Shown here: one piece after another, positions 22,501 through 34,500 of the stretch
Numbering within the stretch: the stretch's first letter is position 1
Layout of the letters: each line of letters starts with the position of its first letter
Assembly: GCA_965235115.1 (NCBI GenBank)
Contig: OZ249436.1
Span: 13,270,001-13,330,000 of the forward strand
DNA from: Laetmonice hystrix
Taxonomy: Eukaryota
DNA: 60,000 bases
Reading direction: 5' to 3'
Program-made: the position numbers and the translations under genes
Notes under the pieces: generated by a model
Database searches by the model: none
Told to the model about the DNA's origin: nothing
The model's input: the letters and a program-made list of their open reading frames with translations, nothing else

Positions 22501-25500
22501 TAACAAGGGATTTTGGGTGTCGTGGAATTCATTTATGGTGTTAAAATAATAATTTGATGACTCCTATGCATGCTAATGGGGCCTATACATTCAAGATAGC
22601 GGCCAAATAACGTTTTGAGCTATAACTTTTGAACGATACAACATAGAATCCCGATTTTGGTGTCTAACATGGAGGGTTGAGTAATCAAGTAATCATTCCA
22701 TCAGCCCCTATGATCCAACTGAAAGATGACAGCTAATTAAGGACCATTTACCAAGCAAAATTAGGATTATTCAGCAAAACTTTATATTTCTTTGAGCATT
22801 AAGACCATGCGAAACACGTAAATTGAATAAGGTAGGAAATACGAACAGTAACAGGATGTAGCTAGACCAGATGATTGTCGGCAATTATTTATCCCATCTC
22901 CCACTATTATAGAAAAAAAATCCTAATTGACCTTTAGTCTGTCCCATATTTACTAATCTATTAGATTCATTGAATATGAATGAAATATTACTGAATAGGT
23001 TTCATCTGAGATGGAGTTTAGTGTCCAAAAAAATCAAAAATTGAATTTTTGCCTTTGGTGGAATTCGGACCCATGGTCTCCAGCCTTTAGGTGGGGCATG
23101 CTACCCACTCAGCTGTCGAGACTCACGGATAGGGTCGTGCTAAGGTTGTATTTCAAAAAGGTGATGATGTCATGACACAAAAGGGTGACGTCACAGGAGA
23201 AAATGTTCATAAAGTTGGCTCACCGGCCCACCCTTTTAAGCACACAACGTTTTATTAAGATCTGTTGGGGGCAAAAACAATCATTTTCTGACACTAAACT
23301 CCGTCTCAGTAGGCCTCGGCAGGGAAGACGTTATGTTTTTCACGTTTCTCATATTCTCTCCCTCTCTCTCTCTCCCCCTCTCCTCTTCCTCCTCTCCCCC
23401 TCTCTCTCAATAGTCATTTCTCGTCAGTTTTAAAGCTATCTCGAATGAAATTTGCACTGAAGTTGTACTATAGTCTGACCAACACTCCATATCAAGCAAT
23501 ACGTCATGTAAGGGTTTTAAAACATACTAAAGACGTCCAAGTGGGTATTAAAGGGGCATGCTATGAAACACGTTTTTGAGGATTTCCGGCAATTATCCAA
23601 CATGACTGTGTACTAGGGATCTAAGTAAATAATCCTACCACAGCATTTTGTCCTCCGACGTGTTTTCGCTGCGTATGCAGCACAAGTAGATTCTATACGA
23701 CCAAACCTATAGATTTCTCCCGATAGCACATCTCCCGCCATAATTTGCCATAGACAACCTCCCATCAACCCATGTACATGTAATTGCATACTGTGTCACA
23801 TCCTGCGTGTGCACTCTCTGCGTGTGCTTAGTCACGTGCTTCGCTTAGTTGTAAACAATTCAGCAGTTGCACTCGATCGTCCGGCATCAGAATGCCACCC
23901 AAAAAATATTTTACGAAATCGGCAGAAAAACGGGCAAGGGAGCTTCATAAACTTCGATTTCTCACACAAAATGAAACTGATAAGTCTGTCTTTGTTTACC
24001 AAGCAATATTAATGAAGGATCTCTTTATGAAAACAGCAAAAGTTCTTTGAAATACCGATTTTTCACGTTTCCTCATAATATGCCCCTTTAATATTTTCAT
24101 GGAACCCATTCAGTAATATTTCATTCATATTCAACGAATCTAATAGATTAGTGTATGTCTATCTAAATTAAACTTGTAGGTCTAGCACTTAATGGGACAG
24201 AATAAAGGTCGATTAAGAAACTTTAACTTCTTATCTATTATACAATGTACATGTAGTTGGAAATGGGATAAATCATCCGGTCTAGCTACATACTGTTACT
24301 GCTTGTATTTTTTACCTTATTTAATTTACGTGTATCGCAAGGTCTTGATGCTCAAAGAAATATTAAATTTTGCTGAATATTCCTAATTTTGCTTGATAAA
24401 TGGTCCTTAATTAGCTGTCATGGATTCCCCCGGCACTCAACCGCCCATGTTAGACACCAAAGTCAGGACTTTAAAGTTCAATGGTTCAAAAGTTATATCT
24501 AAAAAACGCGATTTGGCTGCCATCTTGGCGGCCATCTTGAATGTAGGCCCCCCTACATGCATAGGACTCATTAAATTATTATTTTAACACCATAAATGGA
24601 TTCCCCGACACCCAAAACCCCATGTTAGACACCAAAATCAGGACTCTATGTTGTATGGTTCCAAAGTTATAGCTAAAAACGTGATTTGGCCGCCATCTTG
24701 GCCGCCATCTTGAATGTAGGCCCCCATTAGCAGGCATAGGAGTCATCAAATTATTATTTTACCACCATAAATGGATTCCCCGACACCCAAAACCCCATGT
24801 TAGACACCAAAATCAGGACGCTATGTTGAAGGGTTCAAAAGTTATAGCTAAAAACGTGATTTGGCGGCCATTTTGGACGCCATCTTGAATTTTGAAAATG
24901 CCAAGCGGGGGTAATCATTACACCCGACGGATTCTTGAACTACATGGTCTGAAGTACTGAAAAATGCAAAGAAACGATTGTAACCAGAGATTGCAAGGTT
25001 TTAATTAAAAACGGGCTTCTGCCACCGGACTAGCTGTTTTGGAAACGGGGAAACCTTTGTAGTCCTCGTTTCATTGAAAAGATATATGCTATATTTACGA
25101 ACACAACTGAATCCCTGCCTTCTATAGGGATTCGAACACAAATTTCAAAAGACTCATTGGAGGTAATACAAATCTAGAACTTGGGATTATGGCCAGAAGT
25201 CGCAGCATCGAGATCCATTCCCATGTGGGCCTACTGCCTTGAGGGTGTTACGGGTTTAGGGTTAATAATTATAGAGAACAGATTATTGAGAACAGACATG
25301 ATTGAAGTAAACGAGTATATCCCATTCATAACCCATGCTCAATGTTTACGATTGTAACCAGAGAATTGTCAGGAAACCCATGGCACTGTGACTGTGCCAT
25401 GAGAAGCAGTATTCAATGGTTAAAGATGGCGGCGACCAATGGCTCCATTATAGACGGTCTACTGCCTACCTGTCTGACACCGACAAGCCTGACCGGTGTC

Positions 25501-28500
25501 TCTCTGACGGCCCTGGCCGTCAACCGACTTGAATGCAGTGAGTATATACCACGGTGCTATAAACTACACTTAAACCTTCTTACAACAGTCGTACTAATAG
25601 AAATCAGTGGATAGCCTCAAACATAATACCGTCCATCGACCAGAAACAAAATGTTTTCGCTTTGATTAATAAGGCTTAGGTAAATATTGAGAATCACTGC
25701 CGTAACCAAATACAAATTTTGTTTCTCTTGTTTTAACCAGATCCTAGTACCTTCGTATCGTGCATCCGTGCCACAAACGATTGGACGCCAATATTCTTCA
25801 GTGACAGAGTCACAGATTCGGTGGAAACCCTAGCTGAGTGTGACATGGAGTGCTCCAAGCTAGGAGTTACCTACGGTATTTATGTGGGGAGCACCTACTG
25901 TCTGTGTGGAGTCAGCAGCACAGATTCCACTTGTACCTGCCCGGATACTGCTGAACAACTCACCGTCGGTGAAAGACTCTGTTCTAGGACGTATCTCAGC
26001 GGGGCGTTCAGTGTCAGCGCCACTCTGACGGTGGTGACGTCATTACGTCCGTACTCGACGCGGGAGAACGCTGAGTTACGTCTCAACACGTCATTACCTG
26101 GGGAATCCTACACGTGGGACTTTCACGACGGCACCGACAGTGTCGTCACGACCAACACCACCGTTCGACACAACTTTAACCTAGCTGACACGTACCCAGT
26201 CACAGTCCTCTCTCAAACAATGGCCACTGCCATCAGGTTTAACGTTACAGTTGTTGACCCAGTGGGACCCACGGCACTGGAGGCGCCCAAGTTCTGGGAT
26301 GCATCAAAACGAGTCCCTCTAAAATTAAAAATTGCCGGAGGCTCGAAAATAAACACGAGGTGGAGTCGTTTTGATTCCAGTGGAAAACAATTGTATGGTA
26401 GGTATGGAATTTACAATCAAAGAAACTCCTTTTGTACAACCTGTATTAGTTTTCTTTAGCAAATGGCAGTGTGTTTATTGATTGGCTCTAATCCAGTTGA
26501 TAATGCTTTCTTGTTTACCTTTAAAATATGTAAAGGCTGATTGTGTACAAATATATGGCAGACGTAATCCTTTCTTACTACAGGCAAGCGATGTCCTGTC
26601 GGGTGGTACCAGTACAAATGGAACCAGTGCCTTCGACCCACCAAATCAAGGGTTTCCACTAACACCACTTATAACGGTGCTGTAGAAGAATGCGCGTTAC
26701 GAAAGGCTACATTAGTTACGTTCAATGATAGAGACGTGGACCAAATCACCAATCTCCTGGCTGACGGTGGGTACATTTGGACGTGTCATCTTGGGTCTCA
26801 TTGGGGCTTGGGCCGTTATCCTAAACCAGATATGAAGAAAAATGTATTGTTTTTGAAATCGCGAAAAAAGTTTACCCTGGAAAGAATTTCAGCTTTGCCC
26901 TGACCTGAGGGGGCTACTCATAATAGGGTAGCTCCGATGTCACATACCTGGACTTATTTCTGTGATTTTATTCTGAACGAAAGTTTCTATTGAAACTGCC
27001 GCTCTACCCCATCTTCAAAGACAATGAACAAAAATAGCATTCTAAGAGATAAAATCCCATGACTAGTCTTCATCGGTTTCTGTATTTACTCTATCTGAGT
27101 GAGGACCTTTATTTAATTCGCAGCTCTTCGAAACAATTCCCTCGTCATCGGTGCCATCAAAGATGCCAACACCACCTATCGGTGGAACTCGACAGCCGAG
27201 CCAGCTTTTTTCAATGTTTCTATGGTAATAAATAGTGAAATTGGTGACTGTGTTGCCCTAGGGGTGGAAGGGCTTGTCGGCATTGACTGTGGATCTGTGG
27301 AAAACTTCATATGCCATAAACGTGAGTATGCCAATGCTGTATGTCTATTGTACATCAGAAGCGAATTCGTCTCATATATTTTTCGTTAACTGTTGAAGTT
27401 CCCTGTACTCAAGAAATGAAACCACTGAACGTGGAATAATGAAATATTTGGATTATCATGAGGTCCTCTCGTTTTGCCACATTAGGCCAAGAGTCGTGTA
27501 GGTACGGAGGTGAGGAGTGGGACCACCACACCTGTATCGTACCTCTAGGGGAGGACATTCCGTTATCCTGGTCCCAGGCTAACACTGTCTGCCGGTCACT
27601 GAACGCACAACTGGCCACAGTCGACAGCCAGCAAAAGGAGGCGTTTATCCGGCTCAAAGTCCTTCATACTTTTAGGTAAATAAAGGAATTCTAATTACGA
27701 TATAATTCATGATTATAACCTGGCCTGTGTTACCCTCAGCATTTATAATCTAACTGCCCTCAAGGGTTAGTAGAAGACCTGTAATGGGTATTAAGTAGGA
27801 GGACTTTAGCTTAAGACTAAAGAATCTTTAGGATGAATTCATGGGTTTTGTGTGACAGAACATCATGATGATGAGTTTGTTTCAGCAAAAATGTTCTCTG
27901 GCTGGGTCTTCAAGATCATGATCTTCCCGGATTTTACTTGTGGCAAGATGGTTCCTCTCTGGGTGCCTATAACCCGTGGTGTGACGGAGTGCCAATCAAA
28001 AGTACAAATGGAACCAATCAATGTGTGGTAATGGTCACTGATAGTAGCTCCTCTTGTTGGCGAACCTCCCGCTGTGACGAGCCAAAACCGTTCTTGTGTC
28101 AGCATGCCACCGACAGTGAGTAGCCTACTTCCAATATGAGCCAAAATAGAAGGGCTCTTGATTGCGTTTCTTCAAACGATGTACTATCCTTTATAGTAAC
28201 TATGTTTAAATGTCACTTTTTAGAATGTTGAGACGTGTTTCATAAATTGGCTGCACCTATCCGTTTTAGGTTACCTGGAGCAGATTCAAGTGTTTATTGG
28301 AGGCCTTGGAACAATGGATGTGTCACACGAGTCCAACACCGCATCAACACCATCTCCACCTCTGACAACAATATCTACAAACAGTGAACTTATGATACTT
28401 CCAGGTCTGTAAGATTGTTAATGGTCGTATAGACGTTGTATATAGTCACACCAAATGCACAGTTCGGCAGTGTATGTCTTCTTTCTGTTGTAGGCTGGTG

Positions 28501-31500
28501 GTTCCAGCACAGCGGTGGCGTTCAGTATTGGCGTTTTCTCGCCCACAACCGTACCGGAGGTGCAAACAGTCATATACGTTTACAAGTTTACCGACCAACT
28601 TGTGCCTCCAACCAGTATTTTGTCCCACCAGGTAAGATATTAACTAAGTCTAGAAATACATCTCTGCTTATTGACTCCCACGAGTTAGTTTTCACCTAAG
28701 AGGGCACCGTTGCTCTGTTTCAGGGTGTGCCGAGCTGCCGTCGCCGTTTGCCACTTGTTCTTACACTCCGGTCACCTGCCGGCCACCGCCGGCCACGTGC
28801 TCAACAGGAAACCAGTATTGTCCCCTGGCAGGCAAATGTCAAGTCTTCTCTCAACCTTGTGGTTGTGTAGGTCTGGAGGACGTGTTGGCGATTGGCTGCG
28901 GTCACGGCTCCTTGTCTTCCAATACCACGTCAACCCCTTCCCAGTACCAAACGAGGTTTGGTGGTTCCCTACCTAGCTACAGCCTCGTCGGAGAGACTCC
29001 AATAACTCTGGAGCCAGGTCAGACTGGTCTCTTCATCGCTGATGCTGGTAACATACCGGTCGAACCTAATGACGTCATTGGCGTTCAATTTATAACTGGT
29101 GCGGGCTTCGGGTCTCTCTGTGAACCAGCAGCGGCTGGACAGTCTTCGACAGCTTGGGCTCAGAGTGTCCTGACACGTACTCTGCCATGGGACCACTCGA
29201 GGTTAGACATTAATGTGGACGAGGTCACATGGGTTGATTCATCCGTTTGTCACGTCCAGGCAATGTCTGCAGTAACTGCCACAGTAACACCTCCTGATAA
29301 CGTGGTAGATGGTCGAGCGCACGGGGCAGGTAACTATACGTACAGAGCCGTCCTGCGCAATCCGCTCACTGAGAGCCTCGGAACCACGGAAGCCACAGTG
29401 ACGACGGAAGCCACAGTGACGATGCAGTGGACGATACGGGGATTGCGCGTGGCCAATCCTGAACGGCAGTTGGCGAGATCAAGTCCTGGTTCTGTAGGTA
29501 CGGCGGTCGTTCAAGTGAACACAACACAATATCTCGTTTGGAGAATTTCCCGAGGTTCTGATGTAAGGGCAAACTGGACAATATCAGGCGTCACTCAACA
29601 ATTGACTAAACAGTGTCCCCCGCAGATCATAGATTCAGTGAAAGATTGCAAAAGAAATTTTCAGTTCCTAGTTCATACCATGTCATTTCGCAAAGTCAGC
29701 GAAATATCTACTATTTCCGTGACGCTCTGGAATGAGGTTAGTCAGGAAAAACTAACGGTGGACATACTTGCCCAGCAACTCCTCAATGGTTTTACAGTAG
29801 CCGATGTTCCAAAGAGAGAGTTTATATCGGGCGTAGCTGTTCCATTTTCGACGACCAAGACGGCAGGAAGCGAGGTCTATTATGAATGGACATTTGGAGA
29901 CGGGAAAACGAAAGTCGTGAGCACTGCCAACTATTCCCACGTTTATCTGAATCCAGGAATCTACAACGTGGCAGTCGTCGCGAAAAACACGCTCAGCTCA
30001 CAGACTGATACGCTTCAAGTGAGACTTTTAAGGAAGGCAAATGTACAGAACCTTCAAATTCAAGCAAGCACAGAAGTGGATATGACGATGAAGTTTGCAG
30101 TCGCGGTTAAAATGGACTTTCAGTCTCACTCGTCCATCACAGTGTTAATCGACTATGGCGATGGTGGAGAGAGTTGGATCACAAAACCCGAATTGACGAC
30201 CTCATCGTCTGTAACCATTCAACAACAGCACACGTATAGCGTCGGTAACTTTTACACAATCACGGTGTACGTCATTGATAACCTGTTCTGGGATGGCCAA
30301 ACAAACATCAGAAGTATGGCCGGAAATCCCGGAGTGTACGTAGACAGTCATCATATTCAGGCCTGGACCGTCCTATCCGGGTTGGTCATTTCCTCGAGTC
30401 CAGAATGCAGTGCTGTAAGTACACCTGCAAACTTCAGTGTCGCTTTTCCTAAAGGATATACTAAGACTGGATTTCAGTTTAACTGGGACTTCGGAGATGG
30501 AACACGCTTAAGTGGTTTGGAACAAGATATGCCAATACACGTCTATTACAGTGCTCCTAAAACAACGCACACGGTGACGGTTAGCGTCAAGGATGGTACA
30601 ACTAAAGGTTCTTCGAGCTACACAAAATGTGTTCAGGAAAGCATCACGAATGTTAATCTGGCATTGCAATCTGGGCAGTCATTTCTGGCGTTCACAGCAG
30701 GATCGTCTGTCACAGCTAGATTCAAAGTGAACACAACTGGCTCGCACTTACAATATCACTGGATCTATGGGTTGGAAACCTCAGAGTTAGCCCCTTCATC
30801 GTTTAACATCAGGTACACCTCTGAAGGTACACGTACAGTCAGTCTTCAAGTTTCAAACGACGTCAGTTCCAAAAATCAATCCACCACCTTCGACGTCGTA
30901 GAAAGGATTGCAGGGCTGCGACTTATCCACGACGGGGACACTGGGGACGTTCTGGCGACGGAGAAAAACTATACATTAACCGTCAGCATTACAGCTGGGA
31001 GTGGTGTGGTGTTTTCATGGGACTTCCCTCCATCAGCACAGGTCAGTGTCGCCACGAATACGACCAGGACTCTCCTGTGGACGAATCCTGGCACAGAGAC
31101 AGTGAAGGTACATGCCAGTAACCAAGCGGGTTCACATCAGCAATCTATCGTTGTGACATTACAAAACCAGATAAGTGATCTAAAGGTTACTGCTCGGGGC
31201 ACGGATGTAACTGTAGGTGGCGGTATCAAAGTCCGGGCTGTGGCTGTCGGAGGAACAAGTGTTCAATACTCGGCAGTCATCGAGAATCCACGTGGGGATC
31301 GCTCTGTCAATGATAACCTCTTCAATGGAATCCTGACAGCGAATCTCACCACACCAGGACGACACGTCGTCTATATGACGGCGTCAAACAGGGTTAGTTC
31401 TGTGACGAAAAGTGTTGTGATCCACGCATGGGAACTCCTAACAAATCCGTTCATCCAGTCAGCTTCTATCAGAAACTCAAACTGGTTACCGAAAGGAACC

Positions 31501-34500
31501 CCGATTATATTCGAAGTTCAGTTTAGAAGCGGTAAGGCCAGTGATTTCCAATGGAGGATAACGAAGAACAATGCGGACATTTCGTGTGAACCCATGATAA
31601 ACACGGATCAGTGTACTGGAAACAACAAAACGATGCCAGTCGAGTTCCCGTCGGAGGGACGTTACGCTGTGCGTGTGGTTGCAAGAAATCCTGTTTCCAG
31701 GGTCACAGTGAGTGCAGAGTTTGAGATACAAGAACCTATCCGGGACCTTATTATCCAGGATCTACAAGGTGATATTGCATACTTAAATGAAACGCTCAGC
31801 TTTACGTCACATTTGTCTTTTGGCACAGGAGTATCATACCACTGGCAAATGTTACTGCCCACGGGGTCAAGTACTCCAGTACTTACCAATCCAGAGACAT
31901 TCACACATCAATTCGATATGGATGGAAATTACAGCCTCAGTCTAACAGCGATTAATAATGTCACAGTGGTAACTAAGGTCTTAAACATTGATATAAGAAC
32001 CCCGCCAGACAACGTTCTTATTGCAATCCACTACCCAAATGATACAGACGACGAATACATTTGCCGACCTTCTTTTGGGTGTTACATTCACGAGAACAGA
32101 ATTGTCGAAGCTTTTGTAGAAGGCCTATCTGAAAAAGACCTTCCTCACACTTGGCGATTTTTTGGCACCTATCCCGCAGCCATTGTGCAAGGTACAAAGG
32201 CACAACACAACTTTACCGTAAAAGGCCCCTTAGTTTTTGAAGTTAGAATACAGCAACCTGACTACCTTCTCACCATACGGAAATTCATCCACGTTCAAGG
32301 TCGACTCCCACCCTTTGCCCTCGCACAGTCCAAGAACGTGACCTCTACGGGAAGTTCTGTTTCATTTACGCCTTCAATTGAAGAGTTTGACAAACTGGAG
32401 TGTATCTGGATAATATATGAGGAACAACTTCCACCTAAAACATGTGGAACGCTGCAATACGTTTTCCGTTATGTTGGCGTCATTCCGGTCTACGTCACTG
32501 CCAAAAATAAAGTCAGTTTCTCTAGTAGCTACGTCAGTGTGCGTGTACAGGAAGAGATAGCTGGACTGGATCTGGTGGAATCATTCTATCCTGTCGGCAG
32601 ATTGATCGAAATGTTTGCAAATGTTTCTGCCGGAACGAATGTAAGCTACGAGTGGGAGATACAAACAGGTTCTGCCACGTTCTCTGTCAACAATCGGAGT
32701 CTAGCGGTTGCTAGATTTCCGGCACTGGGACATTATACCATACGGATAACAGCAAAAAACGATGTAAGTAGGAAGACCATTGAAAAAGAAGTCTATGCGC
32801 AGGAAGAAGTGACTGGTCTGGAGTTGGTAAAGGCACTTCGCCAGGTTTATGTCGGACAGACAGTGTGCTTTACCGCCTCAGTAAAAACAGGAACGGACGT
32901 CACATTTGAATGGAAGATCGACCTAAGGATTCAACAAGATGGCCCGAACGCTACCTTCAGCTATACATTCAAGAGATCCGGCACAGTGTTTTTGAGTGTG
33001 AAGGCGTACAATAACGTTTCAAGTAAGTGGATGCTATTACTGATATCTTCGTATACGATTCGCTGTGATCCGATGGAACTACTCGTGACCGGAGGCAATG
33101 TGAGAAAAGAATGGATGTCAAAAACAATAAATGTTGAGGCGTCAGTCAGTCTCAATTGTACCCGCTACCCTGTCCTCTATAAGTGGACAGTGTACACGGA
33201 CGAGACATGCCAAAACGAGTCCACGGCGGTGAGTCTACCAAAGAGTGTCCCTGTGACGACGCCTTTCCTCATCCTACCCCCAAGAACGCTCCATCATGGC
33301 ATTTACTGTGCTCGCTTCTCTGCGTCATATGAACGCACACCTGTTCTGACTGAAGTTCAGCTTCGTTTGGAGGTACTTCGCTCACCACTGAGGGCACTCA
33401 TTGCTGGCGGATCTGAGCGTACGGTTTCAGCCAAAGATAAAGTACAACTCGATGGTTCGCGATCATACGACCCTGACCGGCTGGACGGAAACCCTCTTGA
33501 CTTCAGCTACACCTGGACGTGCAAACCACAGGTAAGAATATGGCGTGTCTTATTTTTTTTAAATTGTGTATATATTTCAATGCATAAAATCTTCTTGTGA
33601 ATAAGGCAAACAAATAAAGCCTCTCTTTTGGCTTGGCAGTGGAGGAAAGAGATATCTGCGGGGAAGTCGGAATGTTTCGAACCACAGAACACCAGCAGGG
33701 TCACCATTGACAAGGGAATGCTGAAGTCTAATCGGAACTACACTGTCACTCTCACCATCAGTGTCTCCGATCGTCCTGGCACGACCATCACGCAGACGGT
33801 AGGCACCATTACCGTCCCTCTGGATCGGTACAGACAAATAAATCAACCCTTTGATCACTTCTCTCAGATTACGATATTTTTTAGTTTTATCTGGCTAATC
33901 CGATGTTCCTTGTTTACACAGGTTGTAGTCACTAAAGAGATTGTGCCGCTTGTTGGGATTGAGTGCGATTCTTGCCGTGAATCTAACCAATACATCATCA
34001 GCACTGGGTGTGCTGTCAAACTGATCGGTAACTGTGCCAACTGCGGCATCTTCTGGAAGAACGACTACAAGTGGAGAGTTGTACGCGACGACAAACAGGA
34101 GATTACCCTCGACTACAACACAACGACAACAGGGGTGAATAATCGCAACCTAGTCATCAATAAAGGCGTTCTCAGCATCGACCACAGCTATGACTTCTAT
34201 CTGGAGGTGTATTCCCATAAACTAGAGCAGAAAGGGTTCGCTATGCTGAAGATGCCACACAACCACCCGCCGTCTGGAGGTCGGTGCAGGATACTCAATG
34301 AAGGAGATGTCGTGGCCGCCTTGACAGAGACACTCTGCGTGATTTGTGAAGATTGGGTCGACCCAGATGATGCCACCAATTCACCCCTTACATATGAAGT
34401 AAGTATATTATTGTATAATGGTAGTATGAATATTCTAGTTCTGTGCAGTCATGCCATTTTGTTTTGCTGTTCAAATGATCTGTGAAAAAACGTAATTCAT

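Larger units (their letters stand above)
21758..25032. mobile_element. Non-autonomous foldback DNA transposon, Academ-like (TAG...CTA termini, 3-bp TSD GCT)
   Basis: gct|TAGTCCGGTGGCA ... TGCCACCGGACTA|gct; inverted arms at about 21758-23005 and 24099-25032 containing subrepeats of about 185 bp (about 5 left, about 3 right) with caagatggcggcc; no transposase ORF. Confidence 0.85.

Noticed and set aside
23051..23124. Functional tRNA gene
   Set aside because: Acceptor and anticodon stems do not pair properly and it lies within a transposon; kept only as a tRNA-like remnant
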